Of a DNA stretch of 63,052 nucleotides, positions 54,641-63,052 are shown piece after piece. How positions within the stretch are numbered: the first letter of the stretch is position 1; the number at the start of each line of letters is the position of its first letter. A program made the translations under genes and the position numbers. Source of the DNA: an uncultured Leucothrix sp. (GTDB lineage Bacteria > Pseudomonadota > Gammaproteobacteria > Thiotrichales > Thiotrichaceae); contig CALAJG010000197.1 of assembly GCA_937923375.1 (NCBI GenBank), positions 1 through 63,052 of the forward strand, given 5' to 3'. A model generated the notes under the pieces. It made no database searches. It saw only the letters and a list, made by a program, of their open reading frames with translations, and was not told the DNA's origin.

Positions 54641-55567
54641 TTAAACTCGAATTAAAGGCTTGCCGGAAATACAGTAACTGCGCGCGAAATCCAACAGTTC
54701 ATCCATTGCCTTAACCTTAAATTTCTGACGCTGCCTAACGAAAGAAAACTCGCGCTGAAGTGGTGGATTCAATGGGATCGCTTGAAGTGTTCCTAATTTA
54801 AGCTCCTTGGCGATACTGACACTGGATAAAATTGACACACCCATACCAGCTTCAATGGCACCTTTAATTGACTCGGGACTACCCAGCTCTAGGCATGATT
54901 TTAACATGTTCCGTTCAAGGCCGGCTTCCTGCAAGTAATCCGTAATCACCTCGCGCGTACCAGAGCCTGGTTCACGGCATATAAACGGATACTCAAGTAC
55001 AGTCTTTAATGATAAACCAGATGCCTCTTCCTGCTTGTCAATCAATTCATGCCCCGGTGGCACTACGATGACTAAATCATCATTCCGGCATACTTCAACT
55101 AATAAATTTTTGTTGGCGACCGGCCCTTCTACGACTCCTAAATCGATGACGTTATTTTCTATCATCGACACAATACCTTCGGTGTTAGACACACGTAACC
55201 GAAGTCTTATGTCTGGGTTTTCATCGTTATAGTCTCCCAGCAGTGCGGGAAGCATATACTCGGCGATAGTGGTACTTGCGCCAATCGTTAGCGAACCGTT
55301 AAAGTTTCCTGTCATTTCTCGAACGGCATTTTCCATTTCAGAATATTGTTCAAATATGCGTTCAGCATATTCAAACACCAGATGTCCGGCATCGGTCAAA
55401 CTCACCTTATTATGCGCTCTGTCAAACAGGCGAGTATCAAACTGCTCTTCTAATTGACGAATTTGGAATGTCACGGCCGGTTGTGTCATGTGCAATACTT
55501 CAGCTGCTTTCGTGAAACTAAGCATCCTTGCCACTGCATGAAACACTTGAAGTCTTCTATCAGACAT
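54641..55567 (-). CDS. LysR-family regulator (CysL/YeiE-like)
   Basis: DRRLQVF...SFTKAAE.LHMTQPAVTFQ, GASTTIAEY, REPGSGTR. Confidence 0.92.
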   Translation of the reverse strand: MSDRRLQVFHAVARMLSFTKAAEVLHMTQPAVTFQIRQLEEQFDTRLFDRAHNKVSLTDAGHLVFEYAERIFEQYSEMENAVREMTGNFNGSLTIGASTTIAEYMLPALLGDYNDENPDIRLRLRVSNTEGIVSMIENNVIDLGVVEGPVANKNLLVEVCRNDDLVIVVPPGHELIDKQEEASGLSLKTVLEYPFICREPGSGTREVITDYLQEAGLERNMLKSCLELGSPESIKGAIEAGMGVSILSSVSIAKELKLGTLQAIPLNPPLQREFSFVRQRQKFKVKAMDELLDFARSYCISGKPLIRV

Positions 55568-56068
55568 ATGACTTACAATCTCCTTTTGCTTGTCACTTGA
55601 ACGCCTGTATCAGGCCGTCCATTGGCATCACAACAAAGAATGTGTGATTTCGGGGTTTTAGGACTGACTAGTTTTGGGGGAAAAAAATTAGTCCAGCACC
55701 AAAGTTATCATTTTTCTTGGCGTATTACAGCTTATTGTTTTGTTAAATTCACTAATCTCTCGGGCTAAGCAAAGACCTTTTGAGCGTCTATAAAATATCT
55801 CATTTAGTGCTATTAATCACCCATCATTTAGATCTTTCATTATACAAAAAAGCTACACTAAAAGTGTCGTTAATGAAATTACAGAGTGTTAAGGTATATT
55901 TTTAATCAACTATTTGGCGCAAATACCACAAGTAATTTCCAAGTAAGGCAGCTAAGACTTAACAAGTTGTTTGTCACCAAGCTATAGCCTATTCAAATTG
56001 CTTAGAACATCGCCATAGTTTTTTTATCAATCGCAGACAAAAACATCACATTTTGATAGTATGCTCCG

Positions 56069-56668
56069 ATGGATACTTTACTACCTTTAATTATTATTGT
56101 TGCCGCCTATTTATTCGGCTCAATCTCTACCGCCGTTGTCGCCTCGCGCCTATTTAATTTTCCTGATCCCAGATTAAGTGGGTCAGAGAATCCGGGCGCA
56201 ACAAATGTACTCAGGCTAGGCGGCAAGGTGCCGGCAGCATTCACCCTTTTGGGCGATATGCTGAAGGGTCTTTTGCCAGTGGTTATTGCAAAAGCATTGG
56301 GATTGGACGACTTTTGGCTTGTGTGTGTAGCCATTGGCGCTTTTCTCGGCCACCTATTTCCTGTTTTCTATGGATTCAAAGGCGGCAAAGGTGTCGCCAC
56401 TGCTATGGGGATTTATCTGGGGTTGAATCCCATCATCGGTTTAGCGGTAATTGCCACTTGGTTGTCGGCAGCCTTTGCGTTCAATATCTCTTCTGTTTCA
56501 GCAATGATTGCGATTCTCTTTGCACCGTTCTACTTTTATCTTGTTACGCACTCAGGTGCCTTCGGATTTGGTCTATTGATCATTACTGCACTGGTATACT
56601 GGAAACACATACCAAATATTCAAAAGCTTTTGATGGGAATCGAAAACAACATTATAGAAGACAAATGA
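56069..56668 (+). CDS. plsY: Glycerol-3-phosphate acyltransferase
   Basis: YLFGSI, DPRLSGSENPGATNVLR, GHLFPV..FKGGKGVAT, HIPNI. Confidence 0.96.
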   Translation: MDTLLPLIIIVAAYLFGSISTAVVASRLFNFPDPRLSGSENPGATNVLRLGGKVPAAFTLLGDMLKGLLPVVIAKALGLDDFWLVCVAIGAFLGHLFPVFYGFKGGKGVATAMGIYLGLNPIIGLAVIATWLSAAFAFNISSVSAMIAILFAPFYFYLVTHSGAFGFGLLIITALVYWKHIPNIQKLLMGIENNIIEDK

Positions 56669-56702
56669 AGTTTCTGTTTGATCCGTCGATCATCGTAATT
56701 AT

Positions 56703-56748
56703 CTTAACAAACCTTAATTACTATTCTTAAGGTTCTCTGATCTATACT
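56703..56748 (+). promoter_or_regulatory. Putative operator (CTTAA repeats / palindrome) plus -10 box for the response regulator
   Basis: AACCTTAA-9 nt-TTAAGGTT (56710-56734); CTTAA at 56703, 56713 and 56726; TATACT at 56743-56748. Confidence 0.45.
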
Positions 56749-56754
56749 GCTGCT

Positions 56755-57429
56755 ATGCATATGTTACTTATAGAAGACGATACTCAAACAGCTAGCTTCA
56801 TTCAGAAGGGACTCGCAGAGTCTGGCCATGTTGCCGATCACGCTGACAATGGTGAAGACGGCTACCATATGGCACTAACAGGCCAGTATGACGTTCTGAT
56901 TGTTGACCGCATGCTTCCCAAAAAAAGCGGGCTTGACGTTATCAAAGAGCTACGCGAACAAAAGGTCAAAACACCTGTTTTAATTCTCAGTGCTCTGGGT
57001 GATGTTGACGACCGTGTTGAAGGCCTGAGAGCGGGTGGCGACGATTATCTGGTCAAGCCTTATGCCTTCAGTGAGTTAATGGCAAGACTTCAGGCATTGG
57101 TAAGACGGGCCAGCCCTGCTCAGGAACTAACTTTGTTAAGGGTTCATGATTTGCAAATGGACCTTATTAAACATTCTGTTACCCGTGCGGGACAAGTCAT
57201 TCATCTACAACCACGAGAGTTCACACTGCTTGAATATCTGATGCGCCATGCAGATGAAGTCGTGACTCGTACCATGTTGCTGGAAAATGTCTGGGACTAC
57301 CATTTTGATCCACAGACCAATGTTATTGATGTGCACATAAGTCGCCTGAGAAGCAAGATTGACCGCGATTTCACACCACCATTATTACACACTGTGAGAG
57401 GTGCCGGATACTCGCTACATGCGTCTTAG
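56755..57429 (+). CDS. OmpR-family response regulator (CusR/CopR-like)
   Basis: IEDD, VDRMLP, GGDDYLVKP, REFTLLEYLM, TNVIDVHISRLRSK, TVRGAGY. Confidence 0.95.
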   Translation: MHMLLIEDDTQTASFIQKGLAESGHVADHADNGEDGYHMALTGQYDVLIVDRMLPKKSGLDVIKELREQKVKTPVLILSALGDVDDRVEGLRAGGDDYLVKPYAFSELMARLQALVRRASPAQELTLLRVHDLQMDLIKHSVTRAGQVIHLQPREFTLLEYLMRHADEVVTRTMLLENVWDYHFDPQTNVIDVHISRLRSKIDRDFTPPLLHTVRGAGYSLHAS

Positions 57430-58855
57430 GTTAGTCAATACTTCAGCATTCAGACTATCACTGATATATGCTTTAGTATTTAGTCTAATCAGTGCTTGTG
57501 CGTTTAGCTTTATTTATTGGAAATCGGCCAATGAAATTCGAGCACAAACAGACTCCCAACTTCGGGCTGAAACAACCAACCTGTTAGGGCTTTATCAAAG
57601 CGGCCAAATATCTGCGCTGACTCAGGAAATGAATCAGCTGAATACCGACGGACGTTCAAAATTCTTTCTTTACGCGCTTCTAAATCGCTCTCAGCGTGAC
57701 TTACTCGCAGAAATAGAGCCTAATAAAGAGCTGAAACCAGGTGACAGTGTCTTTGCCACGCTACCGCTCAAGACCGTTATCACGGTTCCTGAAGCCGATG
57801 AAGACGCGCTTAATTCAGACGGAAAAGCCCAGCTAAATCAAGACGCAAGAGTCTTGCTAACGCTGCTCCCTGATGGCTACCAAATCATGGTTGGCTCAGA
57901 CCTTTATGAACGTCAGGCTCTGTTGAAGCGAATTCTTAACGTTATAATTAGTCTAGTACTGGTCGTTTTCACACTGGCACTCATCGTTGGAGCCTTAATT
58001 GGTTACAGCGTATTGCGCAGAATTAATAAGGTGCGGGAGACAGCAGGAGAAATTGTTCAAGGCGACTTAAGCCAACGAATGCAGGTAACTGAGAAAAATG
58101 ATGAATTCGATCGCCTGAACCTAGTGGTTAACACGATGCTCTCGCGGATTGAACAATTAATGCAAACCATGCATCAAGTAACAGACAATCTTGCGCACGA
58201 TCTACGCAACCCTTTGAATCGGCTGCGAAACCGTCTGGAAGTGTCTTTAATCCAAAATCTGGACCGTTCTGGCTACCAGAAAGTGCAGCGCGAATCTATC
58301 CAAGATATAGATGATATTATTCTCACTTTCAACTCATTATTGAGTATAGCTCAAGCCGAATCCGGAAAGCATGATCAGGATTGGACACTGATCGACTTGA
58401 AACCATTCATCGAAGAACTTGCAGAACTTTATTCAATCGCGGCCGAAGAAGCAGGTATTACCTTTAGTAGTCAGGTGCCTAACAGCTGCAAAATATTGGG
58501 AGAGAGCCAACTACTCGCCCAAACGTTTACCAATCTTTTAGACAATGCCATGAAGTTCACCCCAAAAGGTGGGCACATCGATATCACAACACGATTTTCC
58601 AAGAAAACAGCGATTATAGAAATCTCTGACACCGGTCCAGGCATTCCTGTAGATAAACGAGATGAAGTATTCGAACGTTTCACTCGACTGGATAGCGCGA
58701 GAAGTACGCCGGGGAACGGTCTGGGTCTTAGTTTAGTTAAGGCCGTCGTTGAGCGACACCATGGAAGCATTGAACTTAAGGATAATAATCCTGGATTACG
58801 CGTTGTCCTTAGATTTAATGCCCATGATCCCGATACACAAAAAAGCGACGCCTAA
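57419..58855 (+). CDS. Membrane sensor histidine kinase (HAMP)
   Basis: Two TMs, HAMP DEFDRL, H-box AHDLRNPL, NLLDNAMKF, DTGPGI, GNGLGL. Confidence 0.95.
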   Translation: MRLRLVNTSAFRLSLIYALVFSLISACAFSFIYWKSANEIRAQTDSQLRAETTNLLGLYQSGQISALTQEMNQLNTDGRSKFFLYALLNRSQRDLLAEIEPNKELKPGDSVFATLPLKTVITVPEADEDALNSDGKAQLNQDARVLLTLLPDGYQIMVGSDLYERQALLKRILNVIISLVLVVFTLALIVGALIGYSVLRRINKVRETAGEIVQGDLSQRMQVTEKNDEFDRLNLVVNTMLSRIEQLMQTMHQVTDNLAHDLRNPLNRLRNRLEVSLIQNLDRSGYQKVQRESIQDIDDIILTFNSLLSIAQAESGKHDQDWTLIDLKPFIEELAELYSIAAEEAGITFSSQVPNSCKILGESQLLAQTFTNLLDNAMKFTPKGGHIDITTRFSKKTAIIEISDTGPGIPVDKRDEVFERFTRLDSARSTPGNGLGLSLVKAVVERHHGSIELKDNNPGLRVVLRFNAHDPDTQKSDA

Positions 58856-59022
58856 TCTAGGGTCGCTAAAGCAATTACGCTAGTAAATTATTTTAAGGAT
58901 AAAGCGCATCGTTCTTAACTTTATGCTTCGGCCTTATAAAAATAGTTATTGCGTCGAATTATTGTTAAGTGAATTCTAACCTATCAACTGTTAACACTTG
59001 ATTTCTAAAGCATTACAATCCA

Positions 59023-59709
59023 CTAAATTTTTTGTAATATTCCATCATTTAGCTGCAAAATACCGTCAGTTATAGGCATAAATTCCTGATATTCGTGACA
59101 AGCGATCAATAAAGACACACCTGATTGCTTTAGACTCGCGAGTAACTCAAGCGTTTTTTTGCGACTCATCTGATCAAGGTTTGCTGTCGGCTCATCCAAC
59201 AATAAGATACTGGAATTTCGCAACCAAGCGCGGGCTAGTGCTACACGCTGTTTCTCTCCCCCAGATAATTGTTTGGCGGGACTACGAGACAAATCATCAA
59301 GCCCTGCCCATTGCAAAGCCTGCTCGACTTGTTGCTCTCTTTGCCCAGAGTTAGGAGTGTTAACGATTGCATACTCTAAATTTTTCCTAACCGACCCGTC
59401 AAACAGATAAGGCGACTGATGCATATACATTACTACATCTCTTAGGGCTATTTGCTGTTTTGACCAACTCAATCCTGGATGATTGGTTTGTCCTTTTACA
59501 TGAATCAAACCAGAATCAGGCTTGAGTAAACCCGACATTACCCGAAGCAGAGTCGACTTTCCGGAACCATTTCTACCGGTTAGTAAATAGCTACTCTTTG
59601 CTTGAAAATCAAAACTCACATCGTTGAAAATTTGCCGTTTGCCATAGCGTTTAGATAATTCTTGAAATCGTATTAAAGGGGAGATTTCTAAACTGTTGAC
59701 CTGCTTCAA
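59023..59709 (-). CDS. ABC ATPase, tungstate transporter TupC-like
   Basis: GRNGSGKST, QSPYLF.GSV..N, LSGGEKQRVALARA, LDEPTANLD; coupled to the TupB-like gene. Confidence 0.8.
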   Translation of the reverse strand: MKQVNSLEISPLIRFQELSKRYGKRQIFNDVSFDFQAKSSYLLTGRNGSGKSTLLRVMSGLLKPDSGLIHVKGQTNHPGLSWSKQQIALRDVVMYMHQSPYLFDGSVRKNLEYAIVNTPNSGQREQQVEQALQWAGLDDLSRSPAKQLSGGEKQRVALARAWLRNSSILLLDEPTANLDQMSRKKTLELLASLKQSGVSLLIACHEYQEFMPITDGILQLNDGILQKI

Positions 59710-60407
59710 GACAGCGCACCTTTCCCTTGAAAAACATGCAGTAAGCCATTCAATACAAACGCTAGAAGCAATAGAACGATACCAAGTGCAATACCTTGAG
59801 CGAACTCGCCTTTGCTGGTTTCCAACGCAATCGCTGTGGGAATATTTCTGGTGTGATGAAGAATATTACCACCCAACATCATGGACGCACCAACTTCCGC
59901 AATGATTCTTCCAAAAGCGGTTAATACCGCCGCTAACAATGCAAACCGCGCTTCACGAATAACTAGTGATAAAGCACCCAACGTAGAATGCCCAAGCGTT
60001 ATAGCCGTCTCCCATGCACGCCGTTCTATTGACTGAAATGCCGTGTGGCTCATGGCCACCAGCAATGGAAAACACAAAGCAATCTGGCCAATAACCATCG
60101 CCGACTGCGTAAACAACAATCGCAGATCACCTAAAGGCCCCTGCCTTGATAGTAGTAAGTAAAACGTCAAGCCGATGACCACTGCCGGAACAGATAGAAG
60201 TGTATTGAAAATCGCGATCAAAATCCTGCGACCGTGAAAGTCATAAAATGCCAATAAAAAACCGATCATCACTGCGGGGATAACGGCAATCAAAATAGCC
60301 ATGCCTGATACGCTGAACGAAATACCAATAATTTCCCATAGCTGAGGATCGCCGCTTAGTAATAACTTAAGCGCCTCAAACACCGCGGATGTGAGTGATT
60401 CCTGCAT
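59706..60407 (-). CDS. ABC permease, tungstate transporter TupB-like
   Basis: PAVVIGL..YLLLSRQGPLG, FGRIIAEVGASMMLGGNI..HTR..PTAIALETSKGEF. Confidence 0.85.
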   Translation of the reverse strand: MQESLTSAVFEALKLLLSGDPQLWEIIGISFSVSGMAILIAVIPAVMIGFLLAFYDFHGRRILIAIFNTLLSVPAVVIGLTFYLLLSRQGPLGDLRLLFTQSAMVIGQIALCFPLLVAMSHTAFQSIERRAWETAITLGHSTLGALSLVIREARFALLAAVLTAFGRIIAEVGASMMLGGNILHHTRNIPTAIALETSKGEFAQGIALGIVLLLLAFVLNGLLHVFQGKGALS

Positions 60408-60476
60408 ATGATAGTGGACGATTATTTCTGAGTTGGTCTGAATTACTGGTTTTTGTTACTTGGCGGATTGTAGAAT

Positions 60477-61322
60477 TTATTTCACAGGTTGTGCATTAAA
60501 TTCAATTCGTTCAGCGCCGTTGTAAACCAAAAAATGCCGTCCTTTTGCCCGAGCAATCAAAACAACACCCAACTGCTGTGCTAACTCAAGTCCCATTTGA
60601 GTAACACCTGAACGTGATAGCAATACCGGCACTCCCATTTGCGCAACCTTTATTATCATTTCAGAAGTCAAACGGCCTGTTGTATAAAACCATTTGTCGT
60701 CGCCAACAATTCCTTCCAACCACATGTAGCCCGCGATGGTATCTACTGCATTGTGACGACCGACATCTTCAACAAAACTAAGTATTTCATTACCCTGGCA
60801 TAATGCGCAACCGTGAACAGCACCTGCTTTTCGGTAGACATCATTATGCGCGCTGAGACTTTTTAGCAGATCATAAATTTGCGACTGTTTAATAGCAGGC
60901 TTCGCCAGTGTAATCTCGCTCAACCGCTCCATCAGGTTGCCAAACATCGTACCTTGGCCACAGCCTGTCGTTACAGTCTTATGTTCGAGCTTCTCATCCA
61001 GCTCGCTAACACCCCCACGAGTTTTAATCGCTGCGGCCTCAACATCCCAGGCAATATGAACAGATTCTACATCGGAAATGTTTTCAATCAGGTTTTGGTT
61101 TTTGAGCCAGCCCAGCACCAGCAGTTCAGGCTGCGAACCCAACGTCATTAAGGTCAGCACTTCGCGCTTATCAAGGTAAATCGTTAATGCGCGCTCAGCG
61201 GCAATGTGCCCTTCGCGTGCAGCACCAAACTCATCATAAGCCGTGACTTGAATCGAGGCCCCAAGCCCCTCATCGCTTAACGCTGGCCTCTGTATTAACC
61301 CAGTATCAGCCACCGGTCGCAC
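60477..61322 (-). CDS. fdhD: Formate dehydrogenase accessory sulfurtransferase
   Basis: ERALTIYLD, TTGCGQG, GAVHGCAL, EDVGRHNAVD, TGRLTSEM; GTG start at 61322 or 61313. Confidence 0.93.
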   Translation of the reverse strand: MRPVADTGLIQRPALSDEGLGASIQVTAYDEFGAAREGHIAAERALTIYLDKREVLTLMTLGSQPELLVLGWLKNQNLIENISDVESVHIAWDVEAAAIKTRGGVSELDEKLEHKTVTTGCGQGTMFGNLMERLSEITLAKPAIKQSQIYDLLKSLSAHNDVYRKAGAVHGCALCQGNEILSFVEDVGRHNAVDTIAGYMWLEGIVGDDKWFYTTGRLTSEMIIKVAQMGVPVLLSRSGVTQMGLELAQQLGVVLIARAKGRHFLVYNGAERIEFNAQPVK

Positions 61323-62310
61323 TCATGTGACGCATAATAATAGGCTTAGCGGTCACATCAAAATCATGCCCTTTTGGCTTGAGCGCCATGGAATCAATAA
61401 TTGCCTTTCTCAGAACCTCATCGTCAGTTGGATGCGCTCTGACTACTGCTCGCAAGTCCATGGAATGTTCCTGACCGAGGCACAGTAATAAGCGCCCTTC
61501 TGCGGTCAACCGCACTCGATTGCAATCATCACAAAAATTATGGCTGTGCGGTGAAATAAATCCGATCCGGGACTTGCTGTCTGCACTGCGATAGTAACGG
61601 GAAGGTCCACCGGTCGTTTCAGTGCTAGGCACTAAGCTGTAATGTTCTTCAATGCGTCTTAATACTTCATCACTGCTGCAATAGGTTTTGTCACGGTCGT
61701 GTTGTCCCATATCACCTAATGGCATTTCTTCAATGAAAGATATATCTAATCCACGCTCACGCACGTAGTTGACCAAGTCAATTATCTCATCGTCATTGTG
61801 ATTTTTCATAATCACTGCGTTGAGCTTCACCGCGTTAAAGTTTTGTTCCAGAGCGGCTTCAATCCCATCAAGCGTTTTTTGAATATCCCCGATTCGGGTA
61901 ATCGCTTTAAATCGATCGGCCTGCAAAGTATCCAAACTGACATTAATGCGTGTTACACCCGCTTTCTTGAGGTCTTCGGCATATTTAGTGAGCAAGGTTC
62001 CGTTAGTGGTTACCGTGAGGTCATTCAATCCATCCATCTCACCCAGATCATTAAACAGCTTGATCACATTGCGACGCGTTAGAGGCTCACCACCCGTAAT
62101 GCGAATCTTGCTAACCCCCATATCAACATATTGACGGGCAATTCTTGCAATCTCTTCCAACGTCAACAATTTAGCCCGCGGCATAAAGGTCATATCTTCA
62201 GACATGCAGTAGACGCAGCGCAGATCACAACGATCCGTTACCGAGATTCGTAGATAACTTATTTTGCGACCGAATTTATCAATTAGCTGAGAATTTTGCA
62301 CTTCAGACAT
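61306..62310 (-). CDS. moaA: GTP 3',8-cyclase
   Basis: YLRISVTDRCDLRCVYC radical-SAM motif, TGGEP, FCDDCNRVRLT, C-terminal MSATGG. Confidence 0.97.
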   Translation of the reverse strand: MSEVQNSQLIDKFGRKISYLRISVTDRCDLRCVYCMSEDMTFMPRAKLLTLEEIARIARQYVDMGVSKIRITGGEPLTRRNVIKLFNDLGEMDGLNDLTVTTNGTLLTKYAEDLKKAGVTRINVSLDTLQADRFKAITRIGDIQKTLDGIEAALEQNFNAVKLNAVIMKNHNDDEIIDLVNYVRERGLDISFIEEMPLGDMGQHDRDKTYCSSDEVLRRIEEHYSLVPSTETTGGPSRYYRSADSKSRIGFISPHSHNFCDDCNRVRLTAEGRLLLCLGQEHSMDLRAVVRAHPTDDEVLRKAIIDSMALKPKGHDFDVTAKPIIMRHMSATGG

Positions 62311-62392
62311 TCCAATCTCCTTAAATCTACTGCTTGTCTCATTCTACACACGTGATGGGATCTTGTGATAGCCCCAGCATCCAGAATTTATA

Positions 62393-63052
62393 TCAGTTTA
62401 GCAACTCAATTAGCACATTATCTCCTTTAGCGACATTTGCCTGCTCATCGCTAAGTACAATCAGGCAGTTTGCTTCACTCATAGAGCTGAGGATTCCCGA
62501 TCCCTGCCTGCCGGTTAATTCAACAGTTAGTGATCCATCCTGGCACTGCTTATATATGCCTCGTTGATATTCAGTTCGACCAGATCGTTTGCGAATATCA
62601 TTTTGGCAAATGGCATTGAGTATTAGCGGTGTACTGGTTGTTTCACCAGATAATTGCTGCAAAGCAGGTTTTACAAACTGTAAAAAGGTCACCATGACTG
62701 CAACTGGGTTTCCCGGCAAACCAAAGAAATGCGCCTTACCTAACTGACCATAGGTTAAAGGCCGACCCGGCTTCATCGCAATTTTCCAGAAATTAATAGT
62801 GCCCATTTCACGTAGCGTTGGCTTTATGTAATCAGCATCACCCACTGAGACCCCACCTGAAGTAATCACCACATCAGCCATGCCCGCAGCTTGTTCAAAG
62901 GCTTGTTTCACCGCGTCAGGTTGATCTGGCACCACGCCCATATCGTAAATATCAACATCTAGTTTGCTGAGCATGCCAAACAGCGTGTATCGATTGCTGT
63001 CATAGATTTGCCCATCGCTCAAAACCTCGCCAACGCTTCGAAGCTCATCACC
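62393..63052 (-). CDS. moeA: Molybdopterin molybdotransferase (5'-truncated by window)
   Basis: Frame stays open to the window edge (GDELRSVGEVL..GQIYDSN); TSGGVSVGDAD, KPGRP, GLPGNP, QGSGILSSM. Confidence 0.95.
   Translation of the reverse strand, partial: GDELRSVGEVLSDGQIYDSNRYTLFGMLSKLDVDIYDMGVVPDQPDAVKQAFEQAAGMADVVITSGGVSVGDADYIKPTLREMGTINFWKIAMKPGRPLTYGQLGKAHFFGLPGNPVAVMVTFLQFVKPALQQLSGETTSTPLILNAICQNDIRKRSGRTEYQRGIYKQCQDGSLTVELTGRQGSGILSSMSEANCLIVLSDEQANVAKGDNVLIELLN

Noticed and set aside
56314-56730. 138-aa Cys-rich ORF overlapping plsY
   Set aside because: Frame-shifted shadow of a hydrophobic membrane-protein gene; no family motifs.

Overview
Mostly core chromosomal backbone of a moderately AT-rich gammaproteobacterium. 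Gene style suggests a marine Thiotrichales-like lineage (inference only). In order it carries: lpdA 3' end, an orphan iscR, pgm, accBC-prmA-fis, pyrG-eno-ftsB-ispD-ispF, kdsD-lptCAB-rpoN-hpf-ptsN-rapZ-mgtE, htpX-pyrD-folP-djlA, nagZ, an RND pair with an SGNH esterase, hom-thrC, rpoS, lptD-surA-pdxA, plsY, a two-component pair and moeA-moaA-fdhD-tupBC. I saw no rRNA, tRNA, CRISPR array, transposase, integrase or phage genes. The most interesting region is 42.6-47.8 kb: an unannotated ~340-nt multi-stem RNA candidate with repeated GACA loop motifs and its own terminator, then an unannotated 30-aa membrane peptide ORF leading an xpaC-telA-SPFH/GYF_2-double-zinc-ribbon operon. Also notable: a 683-aa lipoprotein with Gly/Gln repeats and a peptidoglycan-binding tail, and a PtsN lacking its phospho-histidine with npr missing from the operon. 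All family calls are by-eye motif recognition; no searches or folding programs were run.
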